Shown here: one piece after another, positions 1 through 11,428 of the stretch
How the letters are laid out: every line of letters begins with the position of its first letter
How positions within the stretch are numbered: the stretch's first letter is position 1
Source of the DNA: Coniocarpon cinnabarinum
Lineage: Eukaryota
DNA length: 64,000 bases
Direction of reading: 5' to 3'
NCBI GenBank assembly: GCA_051942205.1
Contig: JAVECO010000031.1
Coordinates: forward strand, 1 to 64,000
Notes under the pieces: model-generated
Database searches by the model: none
What the model was told of the DNA's origin: nothing
What the model saw: only the letters and a program-made list of their open reading frames with translations
Position numbers and translations under genes: made by a program

Positions 1-160
1 GCCCCAAATCGGTGCTAGTGCCCGCTGCCGCGGATCTCCCAACATCAAGCATCTCGTTTGAGAGTTGCTTGTACGGAGCATACAAGCATCCTTTGCTGCT
101 GTTCGTGTGCTGCATTCAAGTAGTCATGCTCGTCACAGCAATCTCTAGGTCTCGGAAACC

Positions 161-1135
161 ATGAATCACATCATCGACTACCTGGCGCCTGCTCCCGCCT
201 CACCCTTTTTCGCCGCCTCTGCCCTGCACAACTTTCTCTCCCAACCGACCTCTTTCTTAGCTCGCCTCCTCTATGCGCTTCTGTCCTCGCTGCGCCCGAC
301 GCCTCGCCCATCATTCCCACCCGTGCGCATCGTGTGCATATCTGATACCCATACTCTGACAAAGTCGATACCCGACGGCGACCTTCTAATTCACGCTGGA
401 GATCTTTGCAACGTAGGCAATCCAGCTGAGCTCAACGCGCAAATTGCTTGGCTGGACTCACTGCCTCATCGACACAAAGTGGTTATTGCTGGTAATCACG
501 ACGCGTTCTTAGATGCAAGAAGTCGGCGCACTCTGTCCAAGCCAGATCAAGGTGGTGGCATCGACTGGAGAGGTGTACACTACCTGCAACACAGCGCGAC
601 GACTCTGGTCTTCCCTGGACGAACGTTGAAGATCTACGGCGCCCCACAGGTTCCTGCTCTTGGCGGGTCAGAGCATGCTTTCCAATACGCCCGAGGTCAA
701 GATGCTTGGACAGAAACTGTACCAAGTGACGCAGACATCGTCGTAACACATACACCACCCAAGTTTCACCGAGACTTGCAGGTAGGACATGGATGCGAAT
801 GGCTGCTCAAAGAGATTGAGCGTGTGAGACCGAAGCTACATGTGTGCGCTCATATTCATGATGATCGCGGTGTCGACGTGTTGTGGTGGAATGGGACCCA
901 GCGCGCATATGAGCGTATTCGGGAGCGTGGCACATGGCAGGATACTTACTGTTTGATTGATCCGCGAAATTGGTTAGACATGACTTTGATGGTTATCAGC
1001 ACGCTCAAGGCGGTCATTTGGAGGGCCGTTTGGGGCGGCAAGGAAATGTCAAGGGCTACTGTCTGCGTCAATGCAGCGTTAATGGAGAACAGCACCGGCA
1101 AGCTTAGCCATGAACCGATCATTGTATATTTATAA
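161..1135 (+). CDS. Calcineurin-like metallophosphoesterase (MPPED/239FB-like)
   Basis: Single-exon ORF of 324 aa with ordered metal-binding motifs CISDTH, HAGDL, AGNHD, VVTHTPP and HVCAHIH. Confidence 0.9.
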   Translation: MNHIIDYLAPAPASPFFAASALHNFLSQPTSFLARLLYALLSSLRPTPRPSFPPVRIVCISDTHTLTKSIPDGDLLIHAGDLCNVGNPAELNAQIAWLDSLPHRHKVVIAGNHDAFLDARSRRTLSKPDQGGGIDWRGVHYLQHSATTLVFPGRTLKIYGAPQVPALGGSEHAFQYARGQDAWTETVPSDADIVVTHTPPKFHRDLQVGHGCEWLLKEIERVRPKLHVCAHIHDDRGVDVLWWNGTQRAYERIRERGTWQDTYCLIDPRNWLDMTLMVISTLKAVIWRAVWGGKEMSRATVCVNAALMENSTGKLSHEPIIVYL

Positions 1136-1722
1136 CACGGAGACGTCTGTATAATTCGTCATACCAAGAACATCGATATTGTGGAGGCTGCAGAATACGT
1201 GGAATATATAATTCAGAATAATTCATTGGACACAATGAAGACCTGGATGCAAGTCAAAACACACGCGACTAGCATGCGATAGACTGGAGCGCCGGGCGCA
1301 GATCACGTCACATGTTTCCTAGTTAGGTCAAGCAGTGTGGCGCACAAACAGGCAGGGTCATACAAAGCTCCCGGTCCCCTCGGTCGCGTGTCATCATCCC
1401 AAGCTTTGTGCTGTTGACTCCGATTATAATTGCGACAACGGAAACGCATTGCATCGACGAGATGAACATTCACGATACTCGTCCGGTGTCCATATCCTAT
1501 TCAATACTGGTCTGAGATCGTTGTCGGCTCAACTAGTACGGCTCTCTTCACCAGTGGAGCATAAAAGGCGCCAATCTACTCACGAAACCTGTGCGCTGCA
1601 GCGATATCTTGCTTGAGGGATTCAGTAGATCGTTGACGTCAAATGATCGTCGACCTTGCCATCCGCGAAATACGCCTGTGAAAACGAATTGCTAGTTTGC
1701 AGGCTAAGCTATCTCGCCGAGG

Positions 1723-2309
1723 ATGGCGTCGGGTGGACAGAAGCGAATCTATAAGGTTGGTTCTGAGTGACGACCAGATAGGAATTTTCAGATGACTAAT
1801 CCACATGCAGGAGCTACAGGAATGCACCCAAAATGACCCCATTCAAGGCATGCAAGTGCGGCTCGTCGATGAGGCTGATCTTTACAAGTGGGAGATCAAT
1901 GTAGAAGGTCCAGAGAAGACGCCCTATGAGGTATGCCTTGCTTTGCTAAATTCACAACAGCTCATCGATGCTGACGAGCAACCGACAGGGCGGCAGGTAT
2001 AAGCTTCTTCTCGCACTTCCCACAGAATATCCTTTCAAGCCACCAATGATCTCCTTTCAAACAAAGATTTATCACATGAACGTTAGCAACGATGAAAAGG
2101 GCTCCATGTGTCTAGGCATGCTCCGATCAGACAACTGGAAACCACCAAACAAAATTCATGCAGTGCTTGAGATGGTCAAGAATCTCTTATACGAACCGAA
2201 TCCCGACGATGCAGTCGAACCAGCCATAGCAGATCAATACAAGAATAATCGTGAGGAGTATGACAAAACGATCCGCGAATGGGTGAAGAAATATGCGCAA
2301 TCAAAATAA
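1723..2309 (+). CDS. Ubiquitin-conjugating enzyme E2 (3 exons: 1723-1755, 1811-1930, 1989-2309)
   Basis: MASGGQKRIYK|ELQE...GPEKTPYE|GGRYKL...EYPFKPP...YHMN...SMCLGML with the active-site Cys. The GT..AG introns have CTAAT/CTGAC branch sites and join in frame. Confidence 0.92.
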
Positions 2310-2760
2310 ATCATGATCGCATGCGATCTAGTTGGCATTTTATGGTGTTGCTGGGCAAAACGCATGACCCAGGCATTCAGATATTTGGCTGTCGCATTCA
2401 CTGACAACAAATTGGCATCAAAAAGGCGTATGCTCGCCTTCTTCGCACCCTATTGCGAACATGGCTCTGTTGATAGACCCAAAAATTAGCAACATACTAT
2501 CTCCAGCATCACAAGTTTCAAAAAGCGCTGGAGTCCCAAAGCCATCGTAACACTACTAATCGCCTCCACTTAAGGTTGAGGTAGACACACGGCTTTACAC
2601 ATCGTAGTATGTTTTCCACACACCGTGATTAATAAAAATGTGGCTGCCATTTGCTTGTAAAAAAAAGTCAAGCTCTGAGTTCACAAAGTAGTGGGGCCAG
2701 CTATCGCAGAGCTTGCCTAGATGCTGATACAGACTCGGAGCCAGTAGCCAAAGCTTACTA

Positions 2761-2767
2761 TGACTCA
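2761..2767 (+). promoter_or_regulatory. TGACTCA (Gcn4/CpcA, AP-1-type) element upstream of the GNAT gene
   Basis: Perfect TGACTCA about 140 bp before the ATG at 2904. A single 7-mer can occur by chance. Confidence 0.3.
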
Positions 2768-2903
2768 GAAAGCACTCCGTAATGTGAGACTAATCAGGTC
2801 GTTTCCTATCCCCGGCTGAGAATTGAACATGTTATCCTAAGGTATTGCTATCGGAAGATCGAACGGCGCAAACCTCCCAGGTCTGCGCATCAGCCTTTTA
2901 TAC

Positions 2904-3578
2904 ATGACGGAGATCACTTTATATGATGCTACTAGGCATGAGCATCTCGCACGAGCTTTTGCAGACCTCCACGCTGCTTGCACCCTGGAGAATCCGATGA
3001 CGGTAGCCAACTTTGCACCTCCCTACACGGCTGAAAAGTTGGAGAAGATGACGCAGTGGTGGGCGGGTCGTTTCGCTGATGCAGGCCCGGGTGGCTCCGA
3101 CTGCATTATCATGGCTTTCACCGAAGACTCTAGAAGCGAAAAACAGCTCTCGGGCTACGTTGTCCTTCACATGCCCTTCACTGAGTCTGGGCCGTTTCGA
3201 GCTGAAGTGCAAAAACTTTTCGTGTCGCCCGATTTTCGCCAGCAAGGTATCGCAAGGAAGCTCATGATGCGACTCGAGGAGGTCGCCAAGGCAAACGGCC
3301 GAACCATGCTGGTGAGCGAGCATCAATTTTCTCGGCGGAAATAGCAAAATGGCTAACGAGTCTTTCTGCACGGCTAGGTCCTGGCCACTGCAGAGCCGAG
3401 CCCTGCAAGATGGGTCTATCCAAAGCTTGGATACAAAGAGGTATTACTACCGTAGATCATGTGAGAACAACGTTGATCAAGCATCTAGATTGGCGGGGTC
3501 CCTGAGTACATCCTCAACCCGGTCACTGGGGAGCGTCATGATGAGATGGGCTTTTACAAAGATTTGCGTCAAGCTTGA
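2904..3578 (+). CDS. GNAT N-acetyltransferase, Ttr (tabtoxin-resistance)-like (3 exons: 2904-3311, 3378-3440, 3489-3578)
   Basis: Acetyl-CoA motif RAEVQKLFVSPDFRQQGIARKLM. The spliced C-terminus reads VLATAEPSPARWVYPKLGYKE|IGGVPEYILNPVTGERHDEMGFYKDLRQA*. Confidence 0.88.
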
Positions 3579-4133
3579 GGCAAACACATCGCTATTGCTG
3601 CCTCTGGAGCGAATCTTGTTAACGAGGCGCGTAGCCTCTCTTCCCTAGCCTTGAGCTGATGGGCCCGTCCCTGACATTCTCCGGGACCACGATTAGGTAA
3701 CAAGGACTTGGCCTCGATTGAGTGCGAGAGATCACTGGCCCATTTGTGAAGTGCAGAGCTCAATCTAAGGTTGTCCTTAAGAAGAAGGGTTAGGGCATCA
3801 TATTTACTATAGACGTCATACTACAGCACTTAAAGGCAATACTGTAGTGGTTAGCCATGTTGCTTTATGGCGTACGCTCAAAGTAAATCTGCAAAGCGTA
3901 AATGTATTCGCGTGGATTCAAAATGCCATTCAACCGACTGCAGCTGTTTACTCAGAAGTTCTGTGCTCACCATAACAATTTCCCTTAAGGATTGCCCACC
4001 TAACCCATTCTCCCGTGTCTTTAAGCATCTCATCGACGCACCCACTATTTGTCTCTGTCAAAACGTAAACAATACGTGTTTCGCTATTCTAAGCTTGCTT
4101 TACCCTGTCTTGGGTCTCATTCAACGTCTAGCC

Positions 4134-5394
4134 ATATCCGAAAAGACGTAGCGAGCTGACGGCGCCGCAAAGCAGGCAGAAGGCTCTCATCGATCTCCGC
4201 TTGATCGACATGGTGTACTGTCAGCCGCAGTATCGCCCGAAGCAGGCCTTATTCAGGACGCAGATGAAGTTCTGATATTCGTCGAACAGGAGGACGATGA
4301 AAAGCTAGAAGAATCTCGAGCGAAACAAATCCACATCTACTATGCAAAACAGACCTCCGTGTCGTGCTCCTGATGTGTTTGGTGTTTGGTTTAAATCATT
4401 GGGACAAGGCCCCGCTCTCCTGAGCGAGTGGATTCGGGCGTCAGCAAGATCTTCAATTGACCAAAAGTAATTATTGCTCATGCCTGATAGCCCTACAAAA
4501 GCACAATTTTTGCATGCTTGGGACAGAAGATTAATTGTGGAGAGAATTCGCGAGAGTCAACAGGATGTAGGCAATCGTCGCTTCAGATTTCACCAACTAA
4601 AGAGGCTCTCACAGATCCGCAGATCTGGGCGTTCTGTGTCTTTGCACTGCCTTTGCACTGTTTTGGGATATCTCTAGCTGTGGCGTGGCGACCTTCAGCC
4701 AGCTGGTCGTTGGTCTCAGCTACAGCTCTGAGCAGAGTTTGTTATACGCATGTCCTGCTGGAGCAGTTGCTGCCGCTGCAACCTTGATAAACGGCTACAT
4801 CGGTGGCGTGACTCATCAGCGGATCATGACATCGTTGGTACCATTGCTAATATCGATCCTGGGAATGGTCCTCATCGTAGCATTGCCTCTGGCAAACAAG
4901 CGTGTTCGCCTGGCTGGATACTACCTCACCAACGTATCGATCGCAACCCTTGTTGCAGTGCTCTCTTTGATTGCTACTAACGTGGCAGGATATACAAAGG
5001 AGACGACAGTCGCTGCGCTCTTCTTGATCTTCTATTGCACTGGCAACATCATTTGTACTGACCTCCTTGCCATTCAAATCTTTCAGAGTGTGTTCTGACC
5101 GCTTTGGCAGGACCTCAGATATTCGATGCAAAAGAGTCGCCACGGTTTCGATCTGCTGAAATCATTATTCTTGTTGAGTTTCTTGATCCATGTACACGCA
5201 GAATGCAGGAACTCACATTGTCAAGCTTGCTGGGCCCTTTGCGTAATGACCTCATCATCCTGATGGTATATTATCGATACATCAATGCAGAAAAGGCTAG
5301 GACGCGGGCAGATCCTGCCTATCGAAGGGTTGAACACAGCGAATGGCTTGATCTGTCAGACTATGAAAATCCGGAACTTGTATATAGTCTATAG
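4134..5394 (+). pseudogene. Decayed MFS allantoate/dipeptide permease (DAL5-like, ACS family)
   Basis: Fragments LLCKTDLRVVLLMCLVFGLNHWDKAPLS*ASGFG, PDSP..., EALTDPQIW, NVAGYTK, GNII|GPQIF and DLSDYENPELVY. Lesions are a gccATA start context, stops at 4149 and 4421, frameshifts, and a large internal deletion near 4475. Confidence 0.85.
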
Positions 5395-5672
5395 CAAGCT
5401 GTATGAGTGCATGAATTGTCCTTGCGCACGTGGATCTTTCTCGCCTCAACGCGTTTGCTTAATAAAAGAATGCCGTCTCATCCATGTCAGTGCTAGGATA
5501 TCACGTGATAGGTGCAGGTCAATGTCGGTCTACTTCTGCCTGTTTCTCAGCAATTTCTGCTCCTCTAAGTCTCGAATCTGAGCAACTGAAAAAAGTCGCT
5601 GCAAAATTTGATTCAGCGGTTAGGTGCCAATGAAAATCTACTCTTTTCAAAGTGAATCCGCTCTTGTTAACA

Positions 5673-6959
5673 ATGTCACAAGAAGAGGGGACCTCTGTCT
5701 CACGTATCGACTCAGACCTGCTCATTCCTGGTCGAGGCGTACCTATCAAAAATGGCACTTGTATCATATCTGATCAAACCATAGCGTTTGTTGGGTCAAA
5801 ATCAATGCTGCCCTTCAAGTACGCTTCCTTGGAGCCTTCCATGCATGTACAAACACTGCTGCCGGGCTTATGGGACGCTCACACTCACTATTACGGCGCA
5901 CAACGCCTCTCAATCGATGCTTTTTACCACACTGAGGCCGCCGTTGCTGGTGCACGAGCGGCACATGATTTAGGTGGCACACTTCAAGCGGGCTTCACCT
6001 CTGTCCGAGAACTCGGAGGCTACGGTCATCAAGTTTCCCAGGTCATCAACGAAGGTACTATTCCCGGACCGCGAGTCTACAGCGCCATCGTCCCCATCAG
6101 CATGACTGGTGGCCATGGCGACGCCCATGGCGTGCCAATACCAGCGCTGCACGATGCGATCGACCATGCAGGACTCCCTCTTTGCATTTGTGACGGCGAA
6201 CCTGATTGCGTCAAGGCAGTACGCACGCAATTGCGCAAGGGCGCGCAATTGATCAAGGTGTGCGCAAGCGGCGGTTGTGTCTCGCAGTTTGACGACCCGG
6301 AACACATGCAATTCTCTGAAGAAGAGCTTGCAGTCATGGTGAAGGAAGCTCGACGAAGTGACCGCGCCGTCGCGGCGCATTGCCATGGCAAGGCTGGAAT
6401 CATGGCAGCGCTGCGAGCCGGCTGCACCACGATTGAACACGGAACTCACCTAGACGAAGAGGCATTGGCGTTGTTGAAGGAGCAAAACGCGACATTGATC
6501 ATGACCCGGAATTTCTTCGAGGCTGGATTGCAAGTCCGAGAACTGTGGAGTGCAGAATCTTGGAGGAAGTTACAGGCTGCAGCGGACACTCACAAACGAG
6601 CGTATCAGCGAGCGGTGAATGAAGGTGCAAAGATAGCCCTAGACACTGATCTGGGCCTTGGCGGCGTGGTCAAGAACAGTCCAGCCGCCAAGGTGTTCAG
6701 TCATGGGAGCAACGCCCTGGAATTCCGCTATGCTGTTGAGGCCGGCATGACACCGCTCCAGGCTATCGAAGCTGGGACCGCGAACGCAGCTGAAACTCTG
6801 GGTAAGATGGCACCAAAGAGTGGGCAGCTCCGTGAGGGCTGGGATGCGGACCTGATCGCGGTCAATGGCAACCCTTTGGATGACATTGGAGTGCTCGTTG
6901 ATCCCACTAACATCACCCATGTTTGGCAGCTGGGAAAGATAATGAAAGATCTTACCTAG
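5673..6959 (+). CDS. Metal-dependent amidohydrolase (prolidase/ochratoxinase-like)
   Basis: Intronless. Motifs PGLWDAHTH, GFTSVRELG, TGGHGD, IKVCASGG (carbamylated Lys), AHCHG, TIEHG, DTD and G...ADLIAV. Confidence 0.92.
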   Translation: MSQEEGTSVSRIDSDLLIPGRGVPIKNGTCIISDQTIAFVGSKSMLPFKYASLEPSMHVQTLLPGLWDAHTHYYGAQRLSIDAFYHTEAAVAGARAAHDLGGTLQAGFTSVRELGGYGHQVSQVINEGTIPGPRVYSAIVPISMTGGHGDAHGVPIPALHDAIDHAGLPLCICDGEPDCVKAVRTQLRKGAQLIKVCASGGCVSQFDDPEHMQFSEEELAVMVKEARRSDRAVAAHCHGKAGIMAALRAGCTTIEHGTHLDEEALALLKEQNATLIMTRNFFEAGLQVRELWSAESWRKLQAAADTHKRAYQRAVNEGAKIALDTDLGLGGVVKNSPAAKVFSHGSNALEFRYAVEAGMTPLQAIEAGTANAAETLGKMAPKSGQLREGWDADLIAVNGNPLDDIGVLVDPTNITHVWQLGKIMKDLT

Positions 6960-7785
6960 ACTAAGCGGAACGTTGCAAGCAATAGGTATTTGTTGTCTTC
7001 CTAAGTAATTGCTCTTTTGCGTAGTGGTGTAATCTCAATATGCTGCGTCTTTGGTAGTTGCTTTGACTGCTTCAGCTCAGAACGAGCTAGACAAGAGAAT
7101 AGGACGGCAATTGTACCACAGCATCTTTGGTCTGCCTCCTGGTCCCTATGAGAATACTACTCGCCAATGGTGGCGTCTCCTTACAGAGGACGAAGCCCGA
7201 TTTTGCCCTGACCATCTAAGAAATTATGTAACTTTAGACTTGCTGCCTAAGGAAAGACGAAGAGAACGTGTATTATGAGAAGCATGCACGTTCCGGCATG
7301 TCACTCAGAAGCTTCTATATTGTGAATGGACAATCTCACACAGCCAGTGACATCACATGATGTTGGAAAGCACAGACCATCGCTACACCAGTTCATCTAA
7401 CTCTGCCCTTTCAGCGCATGCCCACTACTCCTACCTTGTCCCCGTCGAAGCGACAGCGAAGAAGCGCTGCCAGGCCGCTTCTCCGTCAGAGGATTGCACA
7501 AGAAGTGCACTCTTTGTAGCCTGGCACCGTCACTCCTTTCAATCACCCCCTCCTGAGTCGTTCCTTCCAGCCTTGCACACGACGATCTTTATATACCGGA
7601 GTGAGCCCTAGAGCATGTGTGGTCCACCAACGCCTCTCAGTGCCTACAATCGAAATTTTGGCAAGCCGCGTTGATATCTTCTTGGAAATAGCATCTTCAA
7701 AAATTCGTATCATCCTGCCATCCTTCGCACCATTTCTCCTGCCACACAATGAGGAGCATGAGCTGATCTCTGGCTCACGAATAAA

Positions 7786-10521
7786 ATGAGCGCAACGACC
7801 CTCACATACGCACCAGATCCGGATCAAATCATTGCAAAAGCTTCACGACTCACTGCCGAGATGCAAGCTCACGCGCATCCAGGCACGCCTATCGCACCTT
7901 CACCATTGCGATTTGAATCCCCTGCCGCTCAACACTCGCCTGATCCCAATGACTCGAGTCCGAAGTCACCCATATCCCCATCCCGATCATTGAGGATTAA
8001 AGGCGGCGGCTTTCGCCTAAGGAGTACCTCCAAAACTTCCGAGGAAACGAATTATGCGCCGCCTCGCTCACCTGGGTTTCTACGACCCAACACAGCTACC
8101 AAAGATCGAAACGAGCAGGATGATACTGGTGGTGGGCTTTTCAAATCCTTGTCCAATGAAATGCGGTACCTTAGGAAATCGTCAGACGAGTCAAGACATG
8201 TGGAAAATTATGGCGCCAAACTGCAGGAAGATCCTATTCCAGCGCTCAATCATGAGGGACTCCTTACACCATCGTCAGCCGAGTCACCGTCTCTTCCTTC
8301 CACTCCGAGGTTACGCGACTCAACCTTTCTTCCAGACCATCGCAAATTGAAATACGCGCACCCAGACAGTGGCAAATTCAAGCCACGTCCCTCTCCCTCA
8401 TCATCATCGGCGCAGTATACTCGTGGACCTGGTCAGCCCAACGCTCTGCCAGCTGCCACTGGTTCTAGCTCCTCACGCTTGAACGAATCTTTCAACTTCA
8501 ATGGTCGCGATAGTATCAAATCATCAACTACGGTTGGGTCCAGCATCCATGGGAATAGTACAACGACACGGAGCAGTGCTGCGACGACTCGCACCTCGAA
8601 TAGCGAGTTTGCGAGTCCCCAGGTCGCCGTCTTTCGCCCATCGCTAGAAGAAGAAATCAGTGTTGATGATTACATTTCGCTCTATGCACAAGGTTTCGAG
8701 GACGATCCGACCCCTGCCGTCAACCCCGCTCTTGTTGTGGCGAACAAGCCCGCGGTGTCCTCCCCGCTCAGTCCACGACGGAACGAGAAAGTCCCGCCCG
8801 TTCCGCGAATCACCATCCCGTCGATCCCTAGAAGTTCTTCCCTAGAGATCACTCAACGCTTCCCCTCTTATAGCACTTCCGCAAGCGAGTCGCCAAGAAA
8901 ACTGTCAGCTGCTTCTCCGGTCACGGCCGTATCTTTTCAATCCTCAGCACGACAGCCCTCTACTTCTTCAATAGCCCCAGACCCATCGCATCATGCTGCC
9001 TCCTCTGTTCTGTCGGTTCCAGCTCCATCTGGCAGAGTAACATCTGCTCAACTTCTTGCGGGCGAAATGCCAGCCGACGACCACGCTACCGTTCTCATGG
9101 AGCCCCCGGCAGATTCCAACGCTGATCGCTATGGATTCAAGAAGGACAATCAATACATATCATTACAGGATTACGAAGCATGGGACCTACATTATCGATC
9201 ACACCTTGATCGGCGGAGGCACAAGTGGGATGAGCTCATGAAGCAACAAGGTCTTAATTTGGGCAACCCATCAGAATTTCCTCCGCGCAGCGATAAAGTC
9301 AAACGTTTCATACGGAAAGGCATCCCCCCTGAGTGGCGAGGCGCTGCATGGTTCTGGTATGCTGGTGGGCCAGTGCACATGAATCAAAATAGAGGATTGT
9401 ATCAGCGTATGCTAGAACGCAGTGATGACGACGCATCCTTTGACGCTGGTGAGCGCGAACAAGCTGAGCGTGATCGCGAGCATATTGAGCGTGATCTTCA
9501 CCGAACGTTCCCAGACAACGACAAATTCAAGCGATTCCCAGATGATCCGAATGTCACTCGCCCCGCGAGTTCTGTCTCGAACAAGAGTGCAACAAGAACA
9601 GGATTTGGAGCGTCCAATCTTCACGAACGCCCCATGATTGGTGCTCTTCGCCGTGTGTTACGCGCGTTCGCTTTTTATCAGCCCCGCATTGGATATTGTC
9701 AATCCCTGAATTTTCTCGCTGGACAACTCCTTCTCTTCCTCGATGGTAACGAAGAGAAAGCTTTTCATCTGCTTTGCATCCTGACCGCCGAACATCTTCC
9801 TGGCACGCATGGCATTGCTCTTGAAGGTGCCAATGTCGACATCAGCGTACTCATGGGCACGCTGAAAGATCGTGAGCCACAGCTATGGACCAAACTCGAT
9901 GACAATCCCACAGATGTTCCAACCTCCTCTCGCAACTCGCAAACAAAGCCAAGACCTTTGCCAACCGTCTCCCTAGCCACCACCTCATGGTTCATGTCCT
10001 GCTTCGTTGGCTCGCTTCCCGTCGAGTCCTGCTGTCGCGTTTGGGATGTGCTCTTTTACGAAGGCAGCAAAACCCTATTTCGCGTAGCCCTCGGCATTTT
10101 CCGGCTCGGGGCAGACGAGATCAAGCGCATTCGTGATCCAATGGAGATCTTTCAAGTCGTGCAAACGCTACCGAGGAAGATGATTGACGCTAATATGTTG
10201 ATGGAGGCCTCGTTCGGCAAGACGCTGGAAGGACGGGGCCTATTGAGTCAAGATACGGTGACGAAGCGTAGAGAAGAGAGGAGGGAATTTTACGCCACTG
10301 AGCGGCTTGCAAGAGAACGATCTGCGAGCGCCGCCACAGAGGCGACGACGAGTAGTGCCAGTCCGAGTGATGCAACGAGTGTGAGAGAAAGGGAAAAGGA
10401 TGACAGGGACGAGGGAAAACGACGGCCAAGCTTGAGTCGAGGGGCGAGCCTAAAGCGGTTGATGCGATCTAAGAGTCGCAAGAGACAGGAGGCGCCACCA
10501 GTGCCTGGGATTCCGAGATAG
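7786..10521 (+). CDS. Rab GTPase-activating TBC-domain protein (Gyp3/Msb3-like)
   Basis: DRYGF, RKGIPPEWRGAAW, IERDLHRTFP (Arg finger), GYCQSLNFLAG (Gln finger) and RVWDVLFYEGSK, after a long Ser/Pro-rich N-terminus. Confidence 0.93.
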   Translation: MSATTLTYAPDPDQIIAKASRLTAEMQAHAHPGTPIAPSPLRFESPAAQHSPDPNDSSPKSPISPSRSLRIKGGGFRLRSTSKTSEETNYAPPRSPGFLRPNTATKDRNEQDDTGGGLFKSLSNEMRYLRKSSDESRHVENYGAKLQEDPIPALNHEGLLTPSSAESPSLPSTPRLRDSTFLPDHRKLKYAHPDSGKFKPRPSPSSSSAQYTRGPGQPNALPAATGSSSSRLNESFNFNGRDSIKSSTTVGSSIHGNSTTTRSSAATTRTSNSEFASPQVAVFRPSLEEEISVDDYISLYAQGFEDDPTPAVNPALVVANKPAVSSPLSPRRNEKVPPVPRITIPSIPRSSSLEITQRFPSYSTSASESPRKLSAASPVTAVSFQSSARQPSTSSIAPDPSHHAASSVLSVPAPSGRVTSAQLLAGEMPADDHATVLMEPPADSNADRYGFKKDNQYISLQDYEAWDLHYRSHLDRRRHKWDELMKQQGLNLGNPSEFPPRSDKVKRFIRKGIPPEWRGAAWFWYAGGPVHMNQNRGLYQRMLERSDDDASFDAGEREQAERDREHIERDLHRTFPDNDKFKRFPDDPNVTRPASSVSNKSATRTGFGASNLHERPMIGALRRVLRAFAFYQPRIGYCQSLNFLAGQLLLFLDGNEEKAFHLLCILTAEHLPGTHGIALEGANVDISVLMGTLKDREPQLWTKLDDNPTDVPTSSRNSQTKPRPLPTVSLATTSWFMSCFVGSLPVESCCRVWDVLFYEGSKTLFRVALGIFRLGADEIKRIRDPMEIFQVVQTLPRKMIDANMLMEASFGKTLEGRGLLSQDTVTKRREERREFYATERLARERSASAATEATTSSASPSDATSVREREKDDRDEGKRRPSLSRGASLKRLMRSKSRKRQEAPPVPGIPR

Positions 10522-11428
10522 ATCGGAGTAGGTCCCAGAACTCGCACTTGTGATAGCATACGCTGTACGGATTTTCAAAGATACAGCGTCTGGGTCCACC
10601 GAGTATCGCGGCGCAGTATCTTCCAAGTCCATGGCAGGTGTCTCATCAATGACATGCAATGAAGACCTGCCATCTCTTTCAGCGTGCTGCATCACTGAGT
10701 TACTCGCGAGTACCTGATCCTAGTACCGATCCAGCGTGATGGACTTCTGGGAACCAATGACTGGACAGGTGATTACCGGTGAGACGGAGATGAACAACGT
10801 CATGCTCATTATTTCACGGACACAGCCACTTGAGAGAGGCGAAGACGAGACACCAGCTGTGTACGGAGTACTGGAGGAGCTGGTCAAAGGATGTAGGAAT
10901 TACTCCGTATTCTGGCCCCAACAGGCGGCAGATCGACAGCCAATCGGGACTAGGCGCAAAGAGGCTAAGCTCATCGCAAACGAGCATACGTAAGCACAGC
11001 TCCGTGTATGCTCCCGCTTCAGGAATCACCTGCCTCCACCATCCTTTCAGCCAACATCAATCCCAACGGATGCGGCCGTGCGGGCCCTTTCGGCGCGGCA
11101 AATCACCCCGATGTATCCGTGCCTACAAAAGGCTGACTGTGCGGCGACCCAGCCTCCGCGTCGCTGTCATGCCGTCAGACAGCATCATTCTCAGCTTCGT
11201 TTCGCTGCGAGCATCTGGCTTCGAGCAGGCAGGCGCGAGTATGGCCGTCATTTCCCTGCATTCTCACCAGTCTCTCACTCTCCTCACGATTTACATCTTT
11301 TCCTTCCTCTTCTTCCCTTGCTTCTTTGTCTTTGAGCGCTGAACCTTGCATTTTCTTTTGTATCACTATGACCTAGCTCCTCAGATCTCTTTTGTCCTTT
11401 TTATGTCCGATCCTTGCTCTTTCGCCCA

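Noticed and set aside
7051..7278. Short coding-looking frame (LYHSIFGLPPGPY...)
   Set aside because: No ATG, splice support or recognisable family. At most an unidentifiable remnant.
10736..10993. 85-aa ORF between the TBC and CAP59 genes
   Set aside because: Short, lies just downstream of the TBC stop, and has no motif or promoter evidence.
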